Shown here in pieces: positions 34,727 through 46,030 of a stretch of 64,000 nt of DNA; within the stretch, counting starts at the first letter, position 1, and every line of letters begins with the position of its first letter. The position numbers and the translations under genes are program-made. Under the pieces are notes generated by a model. That model saw only the letters and a program-made list of their open reading frames with translations. It searched no databases and had not been told where the DNA came from. The DNA comes from Bilabrum cf. latius (lineage: Eukaryota): NCBI GenBank assembly GCA_965178125.1, contig OZ237743.1, positions 558,001-622,000 on the forward strand, read 5' to 3'.

Positions 34727-37700
34727 ATGCGCGCCTTGACGGTACTTTTAGCGATAACAGCGGCGTATGCATCCATACGTTACGATGTGTCTCTGCGCGC
34801 GGGCGCTGGTCAGGCGTATAGCATCAGGACCTATCGAAGCCCCGGCATACTCAGTGCCAGAGTTGAGGTGAATGGCACGTGGGGTCCTATCCGGCCCATC
34901 TGTGGCGACGGATTCACACAGAGCGATGCTCTCGAGTACTGCAAAGCGTAGGATAATGCGGGGCTGGCGCAGTTTGCCCTGGTGCCCTCTGCTAATGCGT
35001 CTGACGCTGAGGTCACGACTTCGTGTACTGCCGCTAGATGCGAGTACGCGCACTCTCCGGGCGCTTGCACCTCTGGAACCATAGTTGGCCTTGAATGTGC
35101 CAAGGTAGAGCTCGGGATCGCTCGCGAGGCGGACCCTAGCAAGGAGCCGCTGAACAGGCCAGCTCCTACTCGCGTGCTACCCCCTCGAGCGAGAGGCATC
35201 GGGGCGATGTGGTCCTTCAACGGAGATGTGTGGCGCTATTTGTGGTAGAATAAGTTTGACGATCCCAGTAATCGGACTGTGAACAACTTCTGCCGGTTGG
35301 TGGGATTTCCGGCGGGCTTGGTGAGCTCGTCCGGTGGAGGGATCACTCATGGCGTCGAGTACATCGACTACGGATCTTCTGGCCGCCAAACTCTGGTCAA
35401 GTCGTATTACGGCGTTATGAAAGACTGTGACGTTGAGCTCATGAGCATCAATGGCTGTAGCGACCTTGCCGATTCCTGGGTTGCAGACGTTGGTGAGGGT
35501 TAGCGGATCGAGTGCTCCAGGGTTCGGTTCCACACGGACGGGGGCAGCTCCGGCGGCATCTCTGCCGAGGCCGTCGCTATCGAACACCCGCTGGCCACAA
35601 CGGCCAGTGGTATGCTCCTGGCCGATCGATTCCTCGAGCACCTGCCCTCTGGATGCGCAGACACAAACGGAGAGACGTCCGGCTGGGGCAGCACCACCGC
35701 CACCTCGGGTCCTGTGTGCGACCAGAACATGGACGATGCCACGGCAGACAGGGTGTGCTCGTGGATGGGCTTCGACAGAGCATCGAGCTACACCAAGGGA
35801 CGAGACTTGTCCTCACACGGCGCCGGCGCGTCTTTCCCCATCGGGGCACTGTCGTGCGCTGCAGATGCGCACGTGCCCGAGGACTGCGCCATGCAGACCA
35901 TGAAGGGCGCCACTGGCGAGGCGCGGTCCGGGGACACCACGGGTGCGTGCGCGCTTCCGGACGACGGCACTGCCGCCGAGCCGCTGCCCAGCGAATGCGG
36001 CGGCACCAGCGGAGTGCAGCTGACGTGCGAGCGGGAGTGGATCGTGAGGGTCATGCCGGAGTCGCACGGTGGCCAGCCGGCCGAGGACTACACGCTGTAC
36101 ACGAGCCAGGACACTTTCGATGGAGTCGTGATGGTGCAGGTGCACGGCCAGCCGCAGCACCGGGTCTGCGCCGCTGAAGCAGACCTCGATGGAGATGCCG
36201 GCCAGCGGATCGGAGATGCCGTGTGCAGGTCGATGGGGTACGCCTTGGGGGCATGGAAGGGCTCCGTGAGGACTGGCAAAGGACCCGCTGTGTATGACCC
36301 TTCGGTGCCTGTGGGTGTTCACCTGCGGTCCTGCAGCAGCGGCGCGAGCTCTCTGAGTTCCTGCCAGCACAATCTCCTAGAGCCGTCACTGTCGTGGTGG
36401 GAAGCAGGCGACACGTGCGCCAGTCGCGGCCTGGTGGACGTGCGGGTCAGCTGCCAAGAGAGAGAGCTGGCGCTGATGCGATACTACAAGTTCACGGACG
36501 ACCAAGCCCTGATCCTGACTCCGCAAGCACAGCCAGGTGGCAGTGCTATCCCGCCGTACCAGGGACTGCTCGTCTGGAAGGCTCCGCGAGAGGGGGCCTA
36601 CAGCCCTCAAGTGTGCTCACCGTCTAGCATGAGCCCAGAGCCGGATGCAGCCATCGCCCTGGTGTGCCAAGAGCTGGGGTATTCCGGCGCACCGGGGACC
36701 TTCAGGATCCGTCCACCGTACGACTTCCGCTATCGCTACACGCAGGGCATGGGACAGACCCTGGGCATGGGTGCTACAAACATGCCGCTGGGCTGCCTGG
36801 GCCTCGACGAGGAGGAGCTTACCAGCATCGGCGACTGCTCCCTACTGAGCTCGTACAGCGCGTGCGGCAACCGTGCGGCCTACAGCGTGCAGTGCGCTAC
36901 ACCCACGGTGGAGCTGCGGGAGGGCCAGCAGGGCGTGCTGGAAGCGAGGCTGACTATCCCGGCAGAGGCTGCAGCAGGCAGTGAACCGGCGGTGGGCGGG
37001 TGGGGCCCCGTGTGCTTCGAGTCCGGCTAGACTCTAGAGGAGACGGCATACGATGGGTATTGCCAGGCCATTGGCACATCTACTGCTGCTGTCAAGTACG
37101 AGCAGCCGAAGCAGATCGACGACGTGCCCACGTCAATACAAGGATTCACAGCGAAGAACCTAGAGTGCAGCGGCGGGGACTGCACGGCAGACGGTTACTT
37201 CGAGCACGGGTGGGAACGAGCCTGGTCGGTGGGTTGCGTGGTGGTGCAGATCCAGTGCGATGCAGGCTCCAGCGGCTACGTGGCGTTCGGGCGCGGGAGT
37301 GGTGGGTATGGAGATGACGGCAGCAGCGGCGGGGGGAGTTGGTGGGAGGATGACCGGCAGGGCGGGGGCAGCTGGGCCGACGACGGGTGGTCGGACGGAT
37401 ATGACAGCTTCGATGAAAGTGGAGGTGGTGGCGGTTTTGGTGAAGGCGATGATGGTGGCGGTGGCGGCGGCGGTGGCGGCGGCGGTGGCGGCGGCGGCGG
37501 GGGCGGCGGCGGTGGCGGCGGTGGAGAAGGGGGTGCCGGCGGGGACGGGATAGGGGCAGACGGCCAGTCTACCGGAGGCGACGGTGGAAATGATGGTGAT
37601 GGCGACGGTGATGGTGTGGGTGCTGGTGCGGTTGCTGGGATCGTGGTTGGTGCGGTGGTTTTGGTGGGCATCGGTGCCGGCGTGGCCTACTTCATGCTTG

Positions 37701-37939
37701 GAAGCAGCGCGGGGGTGGCGGGAACAGCTGCCACCGCTGGCGCCGGTGGCGCGGCTGGGCTCGCGCCTGCATCCTCGGGCCCTGTCCAAGTCAATGTGCA
37801 ATTCGAGCAGCTGTCCGGTCCCACGACCGCGGGTAGTGACTCCTTCGGCAAGACGAACCCGTTACAACAAGCCCAAGGTTTTGCGACCGCGAGCTCCGCC
37901 CCTCAGGCTGGTTCAAAGCCTGGGGCCGGATTTGTGTGA
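34727..37939 (+). CDS. Type I membrane protein with divergent scavenger-receptor cysteine-rich (SRCR)-like repeats and Gly-rich stalk; TAG read as sense
   Basis: Signal peptide MRALTVLLAITAAYA; TAGs at 34949, 35246, 35501, 37028; ends TGA. SRCR-like motifs RVEVNGTWGP..ICGDGF, VCDQNMDDATADRVCSWMGF, AVCRSMGY, LVCQELGY, WGPVC; TM AVAGIVVGAVVLVGIGAGVAYFML. Confidence 0.8.
37454..37523 (+). repeat. (GGY)n trinucleotide run encoding a poly-Gly tract
   Basis: Directly visible GGC/GGT run inside the SRCR-like CDS. Confidence 0.9.
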
Positions 37940-38116
37940 GCGAGAGCGCTTTGCCTGGTCTTGTGTGACTCTGGCATCAATCACGGACTGACATTAGTCA
38001 CGCCTAGTGATCGTGCATGGTACGTTCGGGCTGCTTACCGCCCTGCGTCTGCAACCCTCAGCGATGATCGTAGCGATTGCTTTAACCTTAAGACGGCCTA
38101 CTGCAGTACATACACA

Positions 38117-41100
38117 TTAATGCTCTTTCAATGGATGGGCAACAAACCAGCTGTGCGTGTGGCCGTCGTCACCCCCGACCGTGACCCTCACGACCCCCTC
38201 CTGGCCTTCCTCCCCGTACGAGGCCCACTGGCTGGTTCCAGTTTGAGCGTCCGTCCAGTAGTACGACTGCTCCGTTGGGTCATACAAGAGAGACCACGTT
38301 TCAAACACTGCCACCGCACCACCGTGATCACCACCTGCACTCTGCAACGAATCACCGTTCGGGCCGTGCTGCCCTTCTTCACTAGCAGCGCTCTGGCCCG
38401 CCCCCTAGCTTGCTTCAGGACCAGGCACCGCATGCCCGCCGCCACCATGCCCAACCTCATCGACAGCTTTTTCTGCATCAGCATGCGCTGCGGAACCGCC
38501 CGCTTCAGGAGACTTGCCTATCCCGAGAGCATCGTGCAACTGTTGAATCTGTGCCAGCTCGGCCTCTTCCAAGGTGGCCCGTTTCTCATCTGATACCTCA
38601 GCGCTCTGAGCTATCATCCCATCGGCGATGGACCGAACGTCTTGCAAGGTGTATGGCGCATGCAGGCTCTCGGCACTGCCAGGGGCAGGCTGCTGCGCAA
38701 GCCATGCATTCAGCATGGGCCTGTCGACCTCGTTCTCTGGCTGCACCTCGTAGCCAAGCCTGTTTCTGGGGTCTTCATGCCAGAGGAGTGCCTCTTGCGC
38801 GGCGTGAACTGGGTGACCAATGGCAGATCCATCGTTGTGCCAGCTGCCTTCATGCTGCTGCTGGCCATTGCTGTAGCCCGATTCGGCACCGGGAGCAGCT
38901 TCACCGTCGTATCCTCCCTCCTATGTGGGACTGGGGGTGCCGAGCGCCATGCTGATGAGATTGCCAGTGGCACCATGATCCAACTCGTTCTGCATCACAC
39001 CCCCAAGTCCAGCGTCGGTGGCATGCACTGACGCAGTGCTACTGCTGTCCTACGGCGGCTGCTGCAGCTCCCTCCGTACTGTGGTGTTGCCTTGCACTAC
39101 TGCCTCCTGTCCACCAACGGCTCCACTGACAGAGACGTTGCGTCTTGATCCAACAGAAGCCACGCCCAGAGCTGCTTCGGCAGCAGCTCCAAACATTACG
39201 GCCTGCTTCTCGCTTGCACTTGATGGTGCCTCCAACGGACGCTCGATGCCAGTGGCTGAGGCCTCGGCCATCAGGGCAGCCTGCAGCGCTGCATTGGCAG
39301 ATTGCGGCGTGGGCGTGGGGTCAGCGGTGAAAATCGCATCGGCCTGCGGACGAGTGCCCGCCTACACTTCCCTGTGCCTGGCGAGTACCCTCACGACGTG
39401 CCTGTGCCTGTTCATGGCAGCAATCCTCTCCGCAGTGAGGCCTGCCTTATTCGACAGAGTAGAATCTGCGCCGGCTTGCAGCAGCGCCACCACCATTCCG
39501 CGCTATCCGTTGCTCGCTGCTGCATGGAGCGGCGTATCGCCCCGTTGGTCCGGCATTGACACCGTGGCTAAGTCATCATCACGAGAGCACAGCAGCATGG
39601 CCGCCTCGGTCCTGCCTGTCGCGGCCATGGTGAAGAGGGGGCACCTGCCCACCTTGTCAATCGCGAAGATATCGCCACCTGCTTCGATCAGCTTCTCCAA
39701 GCAGGCATCAGTGCTGGCGGCGTGCGTGGGCGTGATCCCCTACAGGTTGGCCTGCGTTGCGCGGGCACCGCTATCGAGAAGAATAGATAGTGACTCGAGA
39801 TTACCTCGAGCGGCGGCCACGTGGACTGGAGTGTCGGCGTTCTGATCGCCTGCATCGACCCAAGTGGGCTGAGTGTCGATCAGCACGGCGCAGCACTCCA
39901 TGTGATTGCGAGCAGCCGCGAAGAATAGAGGTGACCGACCCAAGTCATCCGCTTGGTTCAAGCCGGACATGTCTCCAAGCATAAGCTGCTGCAGGCACTC
40001 CATGTGTCCGCAAGATGCAGCGAAATGGAGGGCGTATGCACCGGCGCCCAAGCAGAACTGGCAGGGTGCCTCGCCAGGCCCAGGCATCGGAAGGTGGTCA
40101 GCGGCATCCTCAGCCGGTTCTGCGACCGTAGGACGATGCTCGTGGTGCTCCGCATAGCCGGCCTAGTGCTGCTACCGGTGGTCGTGCTGGTGGTGCTACC
40201 CATGATGCCAATCATGGGATTGATGATGTGAGTCGTCTGTCCAGTCAGTGACGCCGTGCTCTTGCTACTGGTAGTGCTGGTCAGCTGCAGCGTTGCCATC
40301 CTTGTGCTCGGAATCAACCCCTGTGTATCCAGCAAAGTCCATGGGGGGATCCTCAGCGGGCGTTTGCGGCACTGCTGGGAACACGCCATTTGAGTGAGGC
40401 TCGGGCTCGCCTGCGGGTGTCTGCGGCACCGCAGCTGCGACAGCCACGAAGGCTTTGCCCGACTCTGTGACGCTAGGCGGGGTCCCAAGCGGCGTCTATG
40501 GCACCACGAAAGCATGCGATGAGCCTTCCTCGGCCTAGTGAGGGGCGTGCGTAGACTATGCCTCTGCTCGATCGTCCATCTCGCCGTCCCGACTGGTCTC
40601 ACTGTTCGGCTCGGTTTGTATCTGCAGAAGTGCGAAGCCAGGCGTGGACTGGGCTGCTAGTGCAGGCGCTTCGCTACTTGCTTTACTGCCAGTACTGTCT
40701 TTTTCAGTGCGATCGATGCTGACTGTTTCTTGGAGTGCGGGTGACTTGACGTCCTGCGTCAAGACTGCCGGTGCTGGGTCAGGGCTGCGATCTTGGCCGC
40801 TCGGGGGTCGTGCAATTGGTGCCTCGATGGACTGGGGCTCCCGGGGTAACTTATTGCTAGTTGCATTCGTGACCACTGAAGCGGCAGCCACAGCTGATGC
40901 AGCAGCGGTGGGGGCGGTTGATGCCAGCGAACCAGACATGCTACCGCCTTGTAACGCTGATGAGGGCACAGGTGCGGACAACCGGCTGCTTGGGTGCTGA
41001 TCAGCCACTTTAGGCTCAGTTGCAGTCGGGGTTGTCTCCTTTGCAGAAACTGTCTGACTTGCTCCATTGCTAGGAGCTGCTCGTACTGACGCTGGGGCAC

Positions 41101-43795
41101 TATCGGTAGAAACGGCTGTCTCCTGCAAAAGACCAGCCTATGAGCACGGACCTTGCTGCTGCTCAACTTTGCCATGTGCTTTTGGATTCGCATTGGAATC
41201 AGGGGCAACTTGCGACTATGGGACGCCTTCATCAGGACTGTCTACCAGGGCCGCGCGGCCGCTGTTAGCCTTCGGGTCAGAGGAAGACTAGGCGGTGGGC
41301 TAGGGTACACTACTCGGTTCACCAATTGCAGACTTCTTCTGCTAAGAGGTAGTAGGGTCTGATCTCTGTTCAGTACTCTCGTGATGAGATGTGCCTGAGC
41401 ATGCTGCTGATAGACCTGCAGCACCTTGCAAGGCGCCAACGTGATCGGCACCCGCACGTATCGCAGAGGCCCCAATCATAGCGATACCAGCTGCTGGTGC
41501 TTCCACTGGTCTGCCTGTATCGGTTTGGTCTTGCCTTGGGCTCATGGCAGTCGATGGTACATTCGAGTGCACATTGGTGCGATCAACAGCATCCGGAGGC
41601 ACAGTCATAGAGCCCACTTCACTGGAGATATGGGAAGGTTCCCCCAGATCAAATCCTAGTGCTGCACTGACGGCTTGGGAGGCAGCATCGCCAGGCGCCG
41701 AGCTATGCGGCTCCGACAGTTTGTCGTCCACATCAAGCTGAGACAAGCGACGCTGGCTAGTGATGTCGCCTGACACGTGCGCGACCCCTGGTGCAGTCTG
41801 ACTGCCCCCATCTGACTGGCTGACCGGCGGCTCGTCGTTGGGCTGGCTGGTCAGCTGGATCTTTGAAGACTATGAATGTGACCCAATCGTTGTTGCAGCC
41901 ACGGACACGGCGTCAGTGTTGCCGCGCGCTAGCTCACTCGATCCTGCTTGGCTCGACGGTCTAGTTGTGACGCCGTTGTCCAACGCCACACCCACACTTG
42001 CGGCAGCGTCCAGGGCTACGTGAGGTGTCCTAGGCAGCGCTGGCAGAGTTACGACGCTGCTTCCTTCACGCCTAGCATCCTGCGCCAGACCGCTGGGACT
42101 ATCTGCACCGTTGATAGCTGCTGCGCCCGACTATCTCCCTTTGCTCGGTGTGACGTGTGGCTTCATTGTCTCCCCGCCGCTTATGCGCTTTCGCCTGCGG
42201 TCTGCATTCATGATCGAGCTGGGCAACCTAGCTTGTTCGTCTTGCTGACCTCCAAGTTGCTGCACATCCATGGCTCCAAATTGTAAGTGACTACCTTGAT
42301 GCCGCGCACCCGAATCGTTGCTATGATCCAAAGGTATTTGCCTTGGATTCTTACCGAGCGGGTCTGCGACACCGTGCCTTGCCTGCGTTGGTGGCTGACG
42401 TCGAGCAGCATCGCTCGCTGTCGAGGCATTCACCGGTGAGACTGCAGGGAGGCGATCTGGCTGGTGACCAGAGGTAGCAGGAAGTATACTTTGGTTCGTG
42501 TCACGGTTGACTGTACCATCAAGAGAGTCCACGCTGGCCCTTCTTGTTCTGGGCTGCAATGGGCCAAGGCCCGGCTGATTTGCTCCGCTGATGGGGCCAT
42601 CCTTCAGATGCAGTGCGCCGGCTTTCGCTGATGATTGTACGCCAAGGCTATCTAGGCCCAGATTCGGATCCCTGATTGCCGCCCGACTGCCGCGATTGGG
42701 CGAGACGTCAGCTCGGCCTAGTTGAGCAGGCAGGGATGGCAGCATGGCTTTCCTTGCCGGTGAGGGCGAGGACAAGCTGGGAAGTGCGGCATTGGCAGGC
42801 GACCCTCCCTGCAGCGGAGAGCCCTGTGCTGGGGCCTGTCTTGCCCGCAGTTGGCCCAGCCTTCCAAGTGTCTTGTTTCCGCTGCATTGGGTCGGGTCAG
42901 TTACCGCAGCTCGCGACCATTGGTCCTGCTGCAGCTCTTTGACTCCCTGCACGGCTGCAAGCCGTCGTGGAGGCGAAATCATTCCCTACGTCTACTCTAT
43001 TCTGCCTGAGGGCTTCCCCCCGGGTGGGGAAGAGGCCAAGGAGGTCGCACCACCACCGAACATGAAGGTACGCGGTGCGAGCGGTGAGAGCCCGGGCGGC
43101 GATGTGCCGGCCCCTACAGTGCACACCTGGCCTTGTAGCGGACTAGACATCGGAACAGGGGCGCCTTCTATCGCCTAGAGTCTGGCAGGTGTCATGCGGC
43201 GAGGTTCTTTGCGCTACGCTGACCGATGGGCTGCGGTTGCGAGGCCGCTGCGTGGCACGCGACCGAGCGCATGCCCCGGAGTCGCATTTGCAGCTCGGTC
43301 CGGGCTGAACAACTGAGACATGGGCGAGGCATAACCACCAAATGAGGGCTGCTTGGATTCTTCCATTGCGGCACTCCGCACAGAACTTGCAGTAGTTTGC
43401 GGACCTACAAGGCCGCCATGTTGGGATTGCCGCCGTCTCTGTGGAGAAGCAAAAACGTGTGAAGGAGAGTCCACCCGAAGTGGAGTCACACCTGGCTAAA
43501 AGCCTCCTTTACCTCCATGTGATGCTGGTAATTCTGAGCTCCCGCGCGAGCTCCGGCGGCCAGCACGACTTCCGAGTCCTGCACGCTGAAAGGCTTGCGC
43601 AGCATCTGGTGCAATCCCACTCAGCAAGTGTCCGTGCGAAAGATGGCCCAGCCCAGCATCAACTCCGTATCCACCTCCCTTCCCGCCTTGATGGCTCGCA
43701 GAAGGGCTCCCAAAAGTGCCCCAATCATCAGCGTCCGCTCTGGTTAATTTGTCTGGTGACGAAAACATTGCCTGAGCACTACTAAATTCAGACAT
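38117..43795 (-). CDS. Ankyrin-repeat protein with long disordered N-terminus and C-terminal WW-like domain (~1890 aa); TAG read as sense
   Basis: Eleven minus ORFs share one frame from ATG 43795 to TAA 38119-38117, with over 20 TAGs and no internal TAA/TGA. Ankyrin motifs ALHFAASCGHMECL, GRSPLFFAAARNH, DTPVHVAAARGN, GDTPLHAAASNG*; WW-like WSLLYDPTEQSYYWTDAQTGTSQW. Confidence 0.85.
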
Positions 43796-43990
43796 CCCGC
43801 TGCTGTAGGGTGACTTTGTATCAAATTAAGTTAAGCACTGAATACTACGGGACAAAGTATGCTCTCATCGTGCTACATTATTGAGTTTGTGCTAACGCCT
43901 ATTCGTTGTATGCTAACGAACGTTCGGCACAACGAGCGAACCGGTGGTGACGATACAACCCCTGCTTTTTCCAAGCGTAAATTAGAGTCC

Positions 43991-46030
43991 ATGCGGCTCG
44001 ACAATGTTGACTCGAGTAGCAGCGAGATGTTCAAATATGCAAGTTTGACTGCAGACGTTCGCCATGGGATCAACGAAGCTGAAGCTGAAGCTGGAATGGA
44101 CATCGAGGAATCTGGAGGAGGAGGCGCACACCTCGGTTGGGCAAAGGCAGGATCAGCTCTCCTGCTACTGTTTGCCGCCCTTCTTGGCGGCGTTCTATCG
44201 GTCTGGGTCAGCGGACCTGATGCCGCTACTGCGGGGATTTAGTATCTAGTTCAGTTAGGACAGCGTTTCTGCTGCTGCCAACAGTGCCGCAGCTCTCGAT
44301 AGGCTGCGATGCCGTCGTTGAGAGATCGTTAGGTTGATCGCATCAGAGAAGATGCGATAGAATCAGGTTCTCCAAAAGCTACGGTCAGCATGACGGTTGC
44401 CGGAGTGCCAAAGCCACTGGAGCTACCAGGGACGCGCAAGGAAGATAGCCAACGGGTCGATGCATCCAGAATAGGTGACTAGAGCGAAGGTCTTGCTCTA
44501 GAGGAAGTGTCTCAATGCCTCGTTCTAGCCCAGCTTCTTGCAGCTGGGGTTGTTCTTGCCGCTGCTCTGGTGCATCTGCTGCCTGACGCGGCCGATGCGG
44601 CGAGCACGCTGCTGGGCTCCTGCGAGGGCGACGAGGACTGCGACGAGAGCTTCCCGATCGGGCACGCGATCGCGGGTATCGCATTCGTGCTAGTGGCGGG
44701 CGTGGACGCGGCGGCGCACGAAGCTGTGCATGCTTCGGTAGCCGGTGCCGGGTCTACCACACTAACACCAACTGCCAACGCAACCACCCCCATGCTCACT
44801 CCCAGGGCAGTGGCATCGCCCGGCGGTGTCACCAAGCGACTGCTGAAGCGACTGCACCCCTCCGTCCAGAATGGTGAAAGAAATCACCGAGAGTTGTCGG
44901 GAGCTGATGCACGCGCTGCCCTGGGTGCTGCCGTGGATGTTGTGCACAAAGAGGCCGGCGATTCGGCACGGGGCGGGAGCACGAGTCCAGTCATGGAAGG
45001 CAGTCCCGGCCACACAGCCATGACCGCGACTGCATCGGCTTCTGCAGCGGGGAGGGTGACGAGTGCCAATGCCGGAGGTACTTCCAGGTTAGGTGCGAGG
45101 GCACCAAGCTACGGCTCGGTCGATCGTGATGGTGGACAGGCAGCGGGGCGGGGCGGGTCAGGTGATGGCAGCGGTTCCGATGATGCATCGGCCAGGATCA
45201 GGGCGAGCACGGAGCAGGTGCTCGGTGGCGAGCATGGGGATACTGAAGATGAAGAAAACGAGGAGCTCGTGCCCTCCTTCGGCATGTCCAAAGCAGACCA
45301 GCTCGGGGCGGCCAGCACGGGCGTGATCTTCGTGCTGGCTCTGGTGCTGCACTCGTCACTCGCAGGTCTGGCCGCGGGAGCCGCAGGGGAGCCTAGGGAA
45401 CTGTTGGATGTGATGGTGGCGCTGGTCGCACACAAAGGACTCGCTGCCTTTGCTCTGGGGCAGCAGCTGCTGCGGGCAGTGGCTGGCCTCGGCTGGCGCA
45501 TGGCACTGGGTCTCTTCTTCGTCTTCGCGCTGTCCACACCGATCGGCGTGGGTGTGGGGGCTGGGCTGCGCGCAGCTGCCAGCGGCTTCAACGCAGATGG
45601 GCCGCTGGTGGGCGTGCTGCTGGCAGCTGCAGCCGGCGCGTTCCTGCAGGTGGCCATTCAGGAGATGGTGGCGCCTCCGCTGGGCAGAAGGCTGCAGGTG
45701 GGGGAGCATCCGTGCTTCTGCTGCATGCCGGGCCGGTGGTCCTGTTGCGGGGAAAAAGGCACCGGGAGGACACCGCGTGGTGGTTCAGGAGAGGGCGAGG
45801 GCGGCACTGGTGGTGGTGGCGCGATGCATGCGGGTGCTCGTGATGACAGCCACGGCGATGACGCCGGGACGACCGGTTTCCTGGCTGGAAACAGGACCGT
45901 GAGCGATACTGTGGGAGGAAGGGACGGCGGTGTGTCCGGGGCATTTGGCGCTCTTCTGTGGTCTGGGAGCAAGATCGCTGCGCTTGGGCTGGGATTTGGC
46001 GCCATGTCTTTGCTGGCAGTGTGGGTGTGA
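43991..46030 (+). CDS. ZIP (SLC39/ZRT-IRT) metal transporter, copy 1; TAG read as sense
   Basis: ORFs 43859-44242 and 44507-46030 share a frame across 4 TAGs. TM1 KAGSALLLLFAALLGG, AAGVVLAAALVHLLPDA, LVLHSSLAGLA, VAHKGLAAFALG, STPIGVGVG, AAGAFLQVAIQEMV; ends TGA. Start uncertain (in-frame ATGs from 43859 to ~44096). Confidence 0.88.
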
